Source: an archaeon
Lineage (GTDB): Archaea > B1Sed10-29 > WALL01 > JAGHAM01
Length of the DNA: 54,794 nt
NCBI GenBank assembly: GCA_021107635.1
Contig: JAIOSL010000050.1
Coordinates: 1-54,794, forward strand
Direction: 5' to 3'
The first letter of the stretch is position 1. Every line of letters begins with the position of its first letter. The notes beneath the pieces are model-generated. The model searched no databases, was not told the DNA's origin, and saw nothing but the letters and a program-made list of their open reading frames with translations. The position numbers were made by a program, and so were the translations under genes. Positions 29,797 to 37,952 of the stretch are shown piece after piece.

Positions 29797-31353
29797 TCAC
29801 GCTTTATGAGACTTTGCTAGTTTCTTCTTAGCAAATATTACTACTCCAGACACTATCACAGCCAAGATAATCAAGGAAAACGCATTAGCTGGATTCATGA
29901 GAATTTTTGGTTCTTTTAGACTGTAAAACAAAGCTCCCCCAAGGAATAGTATCATGAAGCCTGAAACCAGCTTGAGTGCTTTCACTTTCTCCACATCAAA
30001 GCTTTTGCCTCCCATTTTAGTGGCAAACAATAGCACTATGCACGCCAGTGGCAGCACGTAGATCATGTTGTAGAGCAGTAGATAGAGGAAAGCATCGAAG
30101 AAGGGAAAAGCGCCTTCTTGTAAGTCAGTTATGTATATCAATGGAAACCCTGCAGTGCATATCATTTCATAGATGTTTACTGTTGATGCAAACACTACTG
30201 TTGCTGCTATCAGCACTGGAAGAGAATCTATGCTCATCAGTTTTTTTGCTTTTTCAGGAATGGTTTCTTTGGTGCTTGTTGGAAGAGTAAGAGAAACACC
30301 TTTTTTAAAGAAGAAATAGTCTTTAATGTTTATTACTCCAGCGATTACGGCTATCACAGCTGCTATTATGACAAGGTAAGAAAACTTTCCAGCATCTAGA
30401 ATGAAGCCCGAAAAGATGTAGAGCGCGAGCATGGATAAGAGGTATATCAGGCCAGAGATGAAAACGAACACTCCTCCGACAATCAATATTTTTTTCCTTG
30501 AACGAGCCATCATTAGTATACTCAACAAAAACGTCAGGATGAAAAAGGCACAAGGATTGAAACCGTCTGCAAGACCTATCAAAAGAGTAGTAATAACAAG
30601 AGGATTATTTTCAGTGTCTATCTCTATTTTCCCGATGAATGGCCAGTCAAGAAGAGTTATAACATCAGTTTTTATAGTGTCTCCTCCAGAGGCATTCATT
30701 GGAACAAACATACTTTCGTTGAATTCAAGCAGCCAAGAATCTTCTATCTTCACGGCATTCTCAAAAACTATCTCGCCATAAGCTATTGGAGCTGGTTCTG
30801 GAGTAACGCTCTCTATTTTTATCCCAGATAATGTCAGGTTTTCCAAAGCGTCGGTAATATTCTCTGAGAGGAGTGCCTTCCGTAGAATATCACTTGAAAC
30901 AGTTCCTTCACCCGTTCGAACCAATAACCGTCCCTTTGACCACACTTTTAGAGGAGCCCCTTCTAGTGCGTTTAAGTCTAGTTCATCAAAGCTGGAATTT
31001 CCGTTGAGCAAAGCGCACTCACGGCTTCCCCGTTTTATTTGTTCTTCTCCGTTGAACACTTCCAAGCGCCCAGCAAACACAGTGTTATTAACAAACAGCC
31101 GTGGAACAGATGCTTCGCCACCATACACATTTGAGTACTGTGTAAGCAAATTATAGTTTTCATCACCCCAGCTGTCGAATGAGTATTCTATTATGACTAG
31201 ATGAGGATATACTCTTGGCCATTGACCAAGAGCCAGTGGATCTGTGACCTTGCAATTGTTACAGAATGTAGCAGTAAAGTAAACAGCACATGAGTTGTTA
31301 GTCTCAGAAGCATAGACTAAAGACAAGTTTAAGACTAAGAGAAGTACAATCAA
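29797..31353 (-). CDS. exported thioredoxin-like domain fused to a CcdA/DsbD-type membrane domain
   Basis: YFTATFCNNC (CxxC); membrane GLADGFNPCAF and YEMICTAGFP; the start may lie further upstream (CTG 31377). Confidence 0.8.
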   Translation of the reverse strand: MIVLLLVLNLSLVYASETNNSCAVYFTATFCNNCKVTDPLALGQWPRVYPHLVIIEYSFDSWGDENYNLLTQYSNVYGGEASVPRLFVNNTVFAGRLEVFNGEEQIKRGSRECALLNGNSSFDELDLNALEGAPLKVWSKGRLLVRTGEGTVSSDILRKALLSENITDALENLTLSGIKIESVTPEPAPIAYGEIVFENAVKIEDSWLLEFNESMFVPMNASGGDTIKTDVITLLDWPFIGKIEIDTENNPLVITTLLIGLADGFNPCAFFILTFLLSILMMARSRKKILIVGGVFVFISGLIYLLSMLALYIFSGFILDAGKFSYLVIIAAVIAVIAGVINIKDYFFFKKGVSLTLPTSTKETIPEKAKKLMSIDSLPVLIAATVVFASTVNIYEMICTAGFPLIYITDLQEGAFPFFDAFLYLLLYNMIYVLPLACIVLLFATKMGGKSFDVEKVKALKLVSGFMILFLGGALFYSLKEPKILMNPANAFSLIILAVIVSGVVIFAKKKLAKSHKA

Positions 31354-31547
31354 AAGGGAAAAATTTATTCTTGACAGATTAACACCTCATTGAATGGTAT
31401 ATTATTGGAACAACATAGCTTAAACAATTAGGTTTTTGAATACCTATTCAAGAAGAAGGTGTCTCACACTGAACCTGCCAATTGAAGTCAAACAGCTCCA
31501 AAAGAGCAAACAAGCAGTTTTTAAACCATAAAAAACAAAATAACTGC

Positions 31548-32117
31548 ATGAACGTCGAGAAAGCAGAAAAAGAACTCATGAAAATACACGAACTCAGAGA
31601 CGAACTACTCGATAAGCGGAGGCTATTAGTCCGAAAGTGCGCGATGGGAATAAGAGCAGTGCATATAGAAGACTATAAGCTTGCACACCAAAAGCTGAAA
31701 GAAGCAAAAAAAGAGTTTGGAGAACTGAGAGAAAAAACCAAAGAAACTCCTCGCATGCAATACCTGCTCACCATATGCTGCCAAGAGATAGTTGAGCTTG
31801 AAGTCTTACTGGGAGTGCTAGAAAAAGGAAAGCTGCCAGACGTGGATGCTCCACCAGATGCCTATTTGACAGGTGTCCTCGACGCGCTAGGCGAGCTGAA
31901 AAGAACTGCCATAGGGCTGCTAATGAAAGGAGAATACGACAAAGCTATGCAACTCTACAAACAAATGGAAGAGATCTACTATTCCATGGAAGGTCTTACC
32001 TTCCCAAACTCGCTTGTGGAAGGATTCAAGCGCAAACAAGACGTTATGAAGAAAGTTCTCGAACGCTTGTATGAAACGCTTGCAGAAGCAAAAATGCGCG
32101 GAAGCGGCTCTAAATAA
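31548..32117 (+). CDS. translin/TRAX (C3PO) family protein
   Basis: RDELL..R, QEIVE, AYLTGVLDALGELKR, FKRKQD; ATG 31548 about 25 nt after a TTTTAAA box. Confidence 0.88.
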   Translation: MNVEKAEKELMKIHELRDELLDKRRLLVRKCAMGIRAVHIEDYKLAHQKLKEAKKEFGELREKTKETPRMQYLLTICCQEIVELEVLLGVLEKGKLPDVDAPPDAYLTGVLDALGELKRTAIGLLMKGEYDKAMQLYKQMEEIYYSMEGLTFPNSLVEGFKRKQDVMKKVLERLYETLAEAKMRGSGSK

Positions 32118-32165
32118 ATGTTTACTCCTCTTTTTTTATTTAACTACCTAAAAATATTTATAAAT

Positions 32166-32207
32166 GTTTTTTGCAAAAAAACTGCTGTGAGAATTAAAAT
32201 TTTTGCA
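32166..32207 (+). repeat. 42-bp element, copy A
   Basis: GTTTTTTGCAAAAA-aactgc-TGTGAGAATTAA-aa-TTTTTGCA; 34/42 identical to 34697-34738. Confidence 0.85.
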
Positions 32208-32537
32208 AATATAACTATATAGTCTAGCATATACATTCAAGTAGTATATACTCTAGTTTATATAATCTAATTATATATACTCTATTAGTATGTTTGTAGT
32301 ATATGCAGTATAGTTGATATTTTTTATGTTTTTTTGACAAAAACACTAGAATTGAAGTAAAAACTAAAATAAAGGCTAAATTGGCGTTTTTAGATGTAAA
32401 AAAGGGTGTTTTTTGGTTTATTTTGTTGTTTCATTTGTTTATTTGGTTTATTTTTGGAGAAAGAGTATGTTTTAGAGGTGTTTGAGAAGTGTGTTTTTTC
32501 TTGTTTTTAGAGGTTTTTTACCAAGGGTTGCTTGTAC

Positions 32538-33023
32538 TCAAACCCCTAACGCGATGAGTGATGTGACAAGAAGCTCTTCTTCAGAGGTTTTTAGGTAGTT
32601 GTAGTATCCAGTAAATCCTTTTCCTGTTCTTGAGAAAAGAGGAAAGTGAAAACCAGTAAGTTGGAATGCGCCTATTCTAGTTCCATCTTTGTATATATCA
32701 TAATCTCTGTTGAGTGGATTGATTTTTTCTTTGATGTAGAAGTGTGTTCCGTCTCCATCGCTGATTTTGATAGTGTTTGAGACGCCTAAGAGAGTTTTAA
32801 CATAACCAATTTTCTTATTTCCTTTGTAGATTTCTGCACGTCTATTAATGTGTCCGGTTCTATGAATTTTGTAGATTTTTGCGTTTGGTAGGCTGTTCAT
32901 CCAGCGTACGCCGATTTCTTTCTCATAGATGTTTCTAGTTACAGTGATTTTTTCTGTTTTTCCTTGTCGTTTTACGGACGCGGTTGCATCACCCAAGCTA
33001 CTGGTAATCTGAAATTCTACCAT
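32538..33023 (-). CDS. hypothetical beta-rich protein, possibly LURP-one/tubby-like
   Basis: Repeated short beta-hairpins (YKIH, EIYKGNKKIG, DIYKDGTRIG) and a C-terminal hydrophobic helix. Confidence 0.5.
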   Translation of the reverse strand: MVEFQITSSLGDATASVKRQGKTEKITVTRNIYEKEIGVRWMNSLPNAKIYKIHRTGHINRRAEIYKGNKKIGYVKTLLGVSNTIKISDGDGTHFYIKEKINPLNRDYDIYKDGTRIGAFQLTGFHFPLFSRTGKGFTGYYNYLKTSEEELLVTSLIALGV

Positions 33024-33029
33024 TCTAAT

Positions 33030-33386
33030 TCACGCTTTCCATCGTTTGATGAAGCTTCCCCAGATGTCGCTCATTTCGGTACAGCGGTTGGTGAATTGCT
33101 CGGAGAGAATCCATTCGCTGTCTACTTTTGTTATGAAACCAGCGTCTCTGAGCTTGGAGACTGTAGTATAGTATTCCTGGTGTGTTGCTCCTAACTCTTT
33201 CTGGAGTTGTTCCCATTCTTTGGATGGTATTCTTTTTCTCTCAACTATCATATAAATAAACTTCTGTGCCAGCTTGGCGTTTTCTGGTTTGCGATAGTAT
33301 AAGTTCTCGAGTATTGTTAACAGATCAGGAGTACGTTCTCGAGATTTTATTCGTAAAGTAGTTTCGTATTTTGCCATTTTACTCAC
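33030..33386 (-). CDS. putative winged-helix DNA-binding protein
   Basis: EWEQLQKELGATHQEYYTTVSKLRDAGFITKVD, an HTH plus wing pattern. Confidence 0.65.
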   Translation of the reverse strand: MSKMAKYETTLRIKSRERTPDLLTILENLYYRKPENAKLAQKFIYMIVERKRIPSKEWEQLQKELGATHQEYYTTVSKLRDAGFITKVDSEWILSEQFTNRCTEMSDIWGSFIKRWKA

Positions 33387-33972
33387 CGTTTTCTAAGGTT
33401 TCTTGAAATGAGTGCCTCAGGTTTTTCACTATTTTGCTTGAAATCTTGGGATCCATTTTTGATACCAAGTCGCTTGCAATGAAGTGGGTCATCAGGTCCT
33501 TGTGCTTAAGTTCTAGTCTTTTCATTTCTTGATCTAGTTTTTCATGGAAGAAGACATAGTGTTTTTCCATGTGTTTGATTGCTTGGGCTGCTCTTTGAGG
33601 GTCTTTGATCGTTTGTGCTTTTTGAAGGTATTCTTTGTAGACTGTTTTGTAGATTTTTTTGCTCTCTTTTAGTTGTTTATATCTTTTAACTGGATGATCT
33701 GATAGGGTGCTTAAGTGTATTTGGAGCCGTTCCATTCCCCCATGAAACCCGCCTAACTTTTGTTTTAAAATGTCTTCCTTTTTTTCCAATCCTAAATTAT
33801 AGTGGTGTTTAGCATAGTCCTTTTGCATTTTAGCTTGGGTGACGATTCCTGCTTCTTCTGGCACTCCGGGTTGCGGCACCCAGATTATGTTTTTTGGCTT
33901 TAGTTTTTGAGGAACTGGTTTTCTTATTGGGCGTCGTTCAAACGGTTTTTTTGCCTTTTTTGGCCTTGGCAT
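33379..33972 (-). CDS. hypothetical basic helical protein
   Basis: 197 aa, MPRPKK start, GGAGGA RBS. Confidence 0.7.
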   Translation of the reverse strand: MPRPKKAKKPFERRPIRKPVPQKLKPKNIIWVPQPGVPEEAGIVTQAKMQKDYAKHHYNLGLEKKEDILKQKLGGFHGGMERLQIHLSTLSDHPVKRYKQLKESKKIYKTVYKEYLQKAQTIKDPQRAAQAIKHMEKHYVFFHEKLDQEMKRLELKHKDLMTHFIASDLVSKMDPKISSKIVKNLRHSFQETLENGE

Positions 33973-34264
33973 GTTTTCTCCTCCTTTTCTAGTACCTCTT
34001 GGGTTTTGTCGGATTGTCCCTTACTCGTCTTTTTATTCTCTTAACCGGTACCATCTCACCTAATGCTTTAGCAAACTTCGTATTTAAACATTAACTATAG
34101 TCATTCTATATCTCATATAATAACCGATAAAAACGTGCATTCCTAGACGCGCATTAATCTAGTTCTTATCTTAGTAGAGGGGTTTTCCCCTCGGACACCC
34201 TAGTTTGGAAGCGAAAAGCATTCTCCAGAAACACTTGGAGTCATTATTAGAGGTTATATCTTAA

Positions 34265-34633
34265 TCATTCTACCCTTAATGTTGCCACAGCTCTTTCAAT
34301 CCCAGCTACTTTATCAAATCGCTGATCATGCTCTCTTATGGTCACATCCAGATCATATAATCCTGATTTGAGACCATGCTTGCCATAAATATTGAACACG
34401 GCTGTCTTGGTTTCTTGAGAAGACACATAACCAACGCGTATTCTTCTTTCTCCCATTAGACCTGAACGGTCAAATCCAAACTTGGATGGCGCTTTTACTG
34501 TTATAGAATAGCCTCTAGCCTCATCAGTCTTGTTGGTTACAGCTATGTGAAGATTCACCGGGTCTTTTTGTCCAACAATCATTCTAAGTGGAACAAAATT
34601 AGTTCGTATGTACATATTAGAATCATCGTACAT
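34265..34633 (-). CDS. small all-beta (Ig-like) protein without a signal peptide
   Basis: Alternating hydrophobic strands, VTN, GLYDLDVTIRE, C-terminal LRVE. Confidence 0.6.
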   Translation of the reverse strand: MYDDSNMYIRTNFVPLRMIVGQKDPVNLHIAVTNKTDEARGYSITVKAPSKFGFDRSGLMGERRIRVGYVSSQETKTAVFNIYGKHGLKSGLYDLDVTIREHDQRFDKVAGIERAVATLRVE

Positions 34634-34696
34634 GAAAAATACCTCACTATTCTTAGGCTTTCAAGGGATAAATAACTACCGGATAGTATTACTAAA

Positions 34697-34738
34697 GTTT
34701 TTTGCAAAAATGGGGGTGTGAGAGTTAAGTTTTTTGCA
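34697..34738 (+). repeat. 42-bp element, copy B
   Basis: GTTTTTTGCAAAAA-tggggg-TGTGAGAGTTAA-gt-TTTTTGCA; overlaps the stop codon of 34725-35009. Confidence 0.85.
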
Positions 34739-35009
34739 CAGTTGAAATTTTTTCTATCCTGCGAAGCACTGTTTCAAATTCACGGGCCAAATCTTCTCCC
34801 TTTTCTGTTAGCTTGACTATTTTAATTCTACCCTCTCTATCAAAGACCACTAGACCAGCACTAGCAAACTCATCTAGAACATTAACCATATGTGCGTAAG
34901 TACAGTCAACATCCTTAGCTAAAAGAGACGCATACCAAGTACGGTCCTTCTCAGAAAGCGCTACTAGAGCCCTTACAGGCTTTTCATTGATAAAAAAATT
35001 TGATTGCAT
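34725..35009 (-). CDS. MarR-like winged-helix protein
   Basis: YASLLAKDVDCTYAHMVNVLDEFASAGLVVFDREGRIKIVKLTEKG; GGAGG RBS. Confidence 0.85.
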   Translation of the reverse strand: MQSNFFINEKPVRALVALSEKDRTWYASLLAKDVDCTYAHMVNVLDEFASAGLVVFDREGRIKIVKLTEKGEDLAREFETVLRRIEKISTVQKT

Positions 35010-35162
35010 ATACTCATCCTCCAGTTTAAATATAGATTTTTTAATTAATCTATTCTAGTTTATATAATTAACTGTATATATCCAAGTTATTGAAGTCAAA
35101 AAAAGATTTAGAAAAGAATATTTAAGAAAGTATATTTTATAGTTGATAGTGAGAAGTGAAAA

Positions 35163-35571
35163 AAGTGAGAGTTGAGAAAGAAAGAACTAAAAAATGAAAA
35201 AAGGAGTAGAGTGGATAAGAAAGAGTAGGGACAAAGTAGGAAAGTAGTAAAAAGTGAGAATTAAGCAAACCAGAAACATGAGGATATGAGATAATGAAAG
35301 TTAGAACCGGAGAGGGTTAAGATAATAGAGAAAAAGTGAGAGTTACACTAAAAACAAGGAAAAAAGCAGAAAAAACTATAGATCCTTAAACAAGTGAGAA
35401 TTAGAACATATAACAGTAAATAACTAACTAAAGTAGAAAAAAGTGAGAGTTGGCCCCCGTGAGTATCTTTCTAACAACCCTACATTAATGCACCATTAAA
35501 CACCAGCTAACAACACGTAACATTACGTAAAAAAAGTGAGAGTTGACGTAATATTACGTAAAGTGAGAGTT
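35163..35571 (+). repeat. array of seven co-oriented AAGTGAGARTT 11-mers in a long intergenic region
   Basis: Copies start at 35163, 35252, 35334, 35392, 35441, 35534 and 35561. Confidence 0.9.
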
Positions 35572-35611
35572 AGAGCAAAGCCATATAAACTTGTTATGTG
35601 TAAGTGCTTCA

Positions 35612-36328
35612 ATGGGATTGATTGACTGGCTCACAAGAAAGAAAAGTGAGAAAAAGTCAGAATTAAAAAAACAACTTGAGAAGAAACAAGTAAGTGAGAG
35701 TACAGTCACAATCCAAAAAAGTGAGATCCTACCAATAGAAACACCAGATGTCTACTCTCCAACAGTTGAACACCCATTATTGACAATACAAGACAGGATA
35801 TCTAAATTAGAGGAAATCTACCGCAGCCTCAACGAAAAAATAGATAAAAAGGTAGCAACACGTGAAGATACTGATGAACTCAAGGTTTTGGTCGGTCAAA
35901 CCCTAGATAAAAGTAATGATATAATAGGTAATATTACCAATCTTGACCGGAAACTCGCTCTATTAGACGGAAAGAAAGAAGAGTTGACACGTAAAATAGA
36001 CACGTCAACTTACGAGTTGACACAAGATTTAAGCAACCTTCAAAATGTAGAACGCTCTATAAAGCTCTTAGAAGCAGACAAAAAGATACTTGAGGTATTA
36101 GGAGACAAAGAACTTAGCACAATAGAACTCTCAGAAAAATTAAGTTACACAAGACAGTATCTTTGGGGCAGACTAAAGCAGATGCAGGCGGATGGACTAG
36201 TAACGAGCTTTAAAAGCGGAAGACAAACCAAATACATAAAAAATAAAGATAAGCTAAATGACATGACAAATAACACGTCAAATGACATACCACTTGACGT
36301 ATTAGATTACATGTCACATGACGCGTAA
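35612..36328 (+). CDS. coiled-coil protein with C-terminal ArsR-like winged helix
   Basis: Heptad region, then KILEVLGDKELSTIELSEKLSYTRQYLWGRLKQMQADGLVTSFKSGRQTKY; ATG 35612 about 25 nt after CATATAAA. Confidence 0.85.
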   Translation: MGLIDWLTRKKSEKKSELKKQLEKKQVSESTVTIQKSEILPIETPDVYSPTVEHPLLTIQDRISKLEEIYRSLNEKIDKKVATREDTDELKVLVGQTLDKSNDIIGNITNLDRKLALLDGKKEELTRKIDTSTYELTQDLSNLQNVERSIKLLEADKKILEVLGDKELSTIELSEKLSYTRQYLWGRLKQMQADGLVTSFKSGRQTKYIKNKDKLNDMTNNTSNDIPLDVLDYMSHDA

Positions 36329-36388
36329 ACTAGATATTACGTTACATTACGTAAAATATACGCAATACGTGGAAAACAACTAAAACCC

Positions 36389-36412
36389 AGGACCCCCCAC
36401 AGTTCCGGTATT
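36389..36412 (+). repeat. 24-bp inverted repeat, left copy
   Basis: AGGACCCCCCACAGTTCCGGTATT; 21/24 match to the reverse complement of 37953-37976. Confidence 0.85.
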
Positions 36413-36538
36413 CATATACCTGATGTTTCCCGCTAAAAAAAGGAGAGAAAGCACCAAACAAAGACGAAAAGGTTTATATACTCCTTCTGCGTTATACTTC
36501 CTTATTAGCTAGAATGCTAATAGGAACGGGTGAAACCA

Positions 36539-36856
36539 ATGATTCACATTTCAGAGCTCTATGGTATAGATATATACGGAGATGACGGAAAATATGTTGG
36601 CAAAGTAAATGATGTTATACTCAATCTTGAAAAAGGAAGAGTAGTAAGAATCACAACCGAGCCACTCAGGTTTGTTTCCAAGGTTCAAGCCAAGAGCGTC
36701 TTAAAAGAAAAAAGTATACTTTACAAGAATGTTAGAACAGTAGGAGATATCCTAATAGTAGGTAGGGGAAGGAATACATCACCCTCTGATGAAGAAGTTA
36801 AAGTAGAACTACAAAAAAGACGCATGGGAAGAAGCCTTTTGGGGAGAACAAGGTAA
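36539..36856 (+). CDS. PRC-barrel domain protein (CdpB-like)
   Basis: ISELYGIDIYGDDGKYVGKVNDVILNLEKG ... VRTVGDILIV; ATG after GGTGA. Confidence 0.9.
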   Translation: MIHISELYGIDIYGDDGKYVGKVNDVILNLEKGRVVRITTEPLRFVSKVQAKSVLKEKSILYKNVRTVGDILIVGRGRNTSPSDEEVKVELQKRRMGRSLLGRTR

Positions 36857-37024
36857 CCTCCCCAAACATATGAGTCTAAATAACCATATTGGGAGAGGGA
36901 AAGCGGCAATTTATTTCTGATAGTTTATTAAGATAAAGTAGTGAGAACAAGAAAAAAATAAGACGCGTTAAGTACCCTATTTTTTTGGCTTAAATATATA
37001 TATTAGTAATTCAAATAGAATAAT

Positions 37025-37660
37025 ATGCGGTTTAACAAAGAAAAAGCAAAAAAAGAAACAATTAAGCATTGTAGACATCAAATACCCAGATCATCAATTA
37101 GTATAGCAAGACAACTAAAAAAGAAAGTTGCTGGTTTCTATCCAAATTCACCGCCAAAAAAAATAACACCATTAATGAAAAAGAACATTTTAGGTCCCTT
37201 AGAAGAAGACGGTTTTTTAATAAAGTATACACCTGAAAAAACTTCATGGAAAAAAGCAAGATTATTACTAACACTATATCATGAAAAAGGAAAACCAAAA
37301 CCTAGAAAAATCACAGAATTATACCAAACAAATTTTCTATATTTAGAAGACACAGTATTTCCATTGATAAAAAATCTACCAAAACCAGAACCTGAATTAA
37401 ATTTAGATTTAGTTGTTCTACTATCCAAATTCAAAAAAACAGAAACATACACTTGGGACTTACTGAACTTACTCTTAGCAGCAAGTAAAGAAGAAGATCA
37501 GTTGAGGATATATCTCTACAAACTACCAATAGACTACAATAAAATAGAAATCTTAGAAAGAATATTAGAATATGGAAAAGAATACACCCACATACAATTC
37601 CCATTCAAACCAGACCAAGAAAATGCTAAAAATTTCTTACGTAAAATAACTGAATTTTAA
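37025..37660 (+). CDS. hypothetical protein, possible N-terminal winged helix
   Basis: RSSISIARQL ... ILGPLEEDGFLIKY; weak similarity only. Confidence 0.55.
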   Translation: MRFNKEKAKKETIKHCRHQIPRSSISIARQLKKKVAGFYPNSPPKKITPLMKKNILGPLEEDGFLIKYTPEKTSWKKARLLLTLYHEKGKPKPRKITELYQTNFLYLEDTVFPLIKNLPKPEPELNLDLVVLLSKFKKTETYTWDLLNLLLAASKEEDQLRIYLYKLPIDYNKIEILERILEYGKEYTHIQFPFKPDQENAKNFLRKITEF

Positions 37661-37729
37661 TACGTAAACTAAACAAAACACTAATAAATACTATAATAAT
37701 AAATAATTGAACATTGTTTAATATATAAT

Positions 37730-37948
37730 ATGTCAAGTGATGAGACTTTACGTATCATTCGTGATAATCCAAATGGTATATGGATACGTGAAATCGCTAG
37801 AAAAGCCCATATTAGTCCTGCAAGTGTATGTAACTACTTATATGGATACAGAGACAACAAAGGGAAGTTTATCAAGCCTAAAATCAAAAAATATGTTCAA
37901 ATTGAGCATATTGGAAATAGTTCTATTACAATCGTTCGACCAAGATAA
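37730..37948 (+). CDS. small HTH protein
   Basis: LRIIRDNPNGIWIREIARKAHISPASVCNYL. Confidence 0.8.
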   Translation: MSSDETLRIIRDNPNGIWIREIARKAHISPASVCNYLYGYRDNKGKFIKPKIKKYVQIEHIGNSSITIVRPR

Positions 37949-37952
37949 TGTT

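Noticed and set aside
31436-31451. TTGAATA-CC-TATTCAA palindrome between divergent genes
   Set aside because: Single short AT-rich dyad with no second copy seen; may be an ordinary operator or chance
32144-32236. 30-aa hydrophobic minus-strand ORF (MYMLDYIVIFAKILILTAVFLQKTFINIFR)
   Set aside because: Such ORFs arise easily in AT-rich DNA, it has no RBS and it overlaps a repeat element; unsupported without expression data
35163-35571. CRISPR array
   Set aside because: Repeat unit is only 11 bp, spacing is irregular (27-93 bp) and no cas genes are present
36858-36895. CTCCCAA/TTGGGAG hairpin after the PRC-barrel gene
   Set aside because: Most simply an ordinary terminator-like stem; nothing further supports an RNA gene
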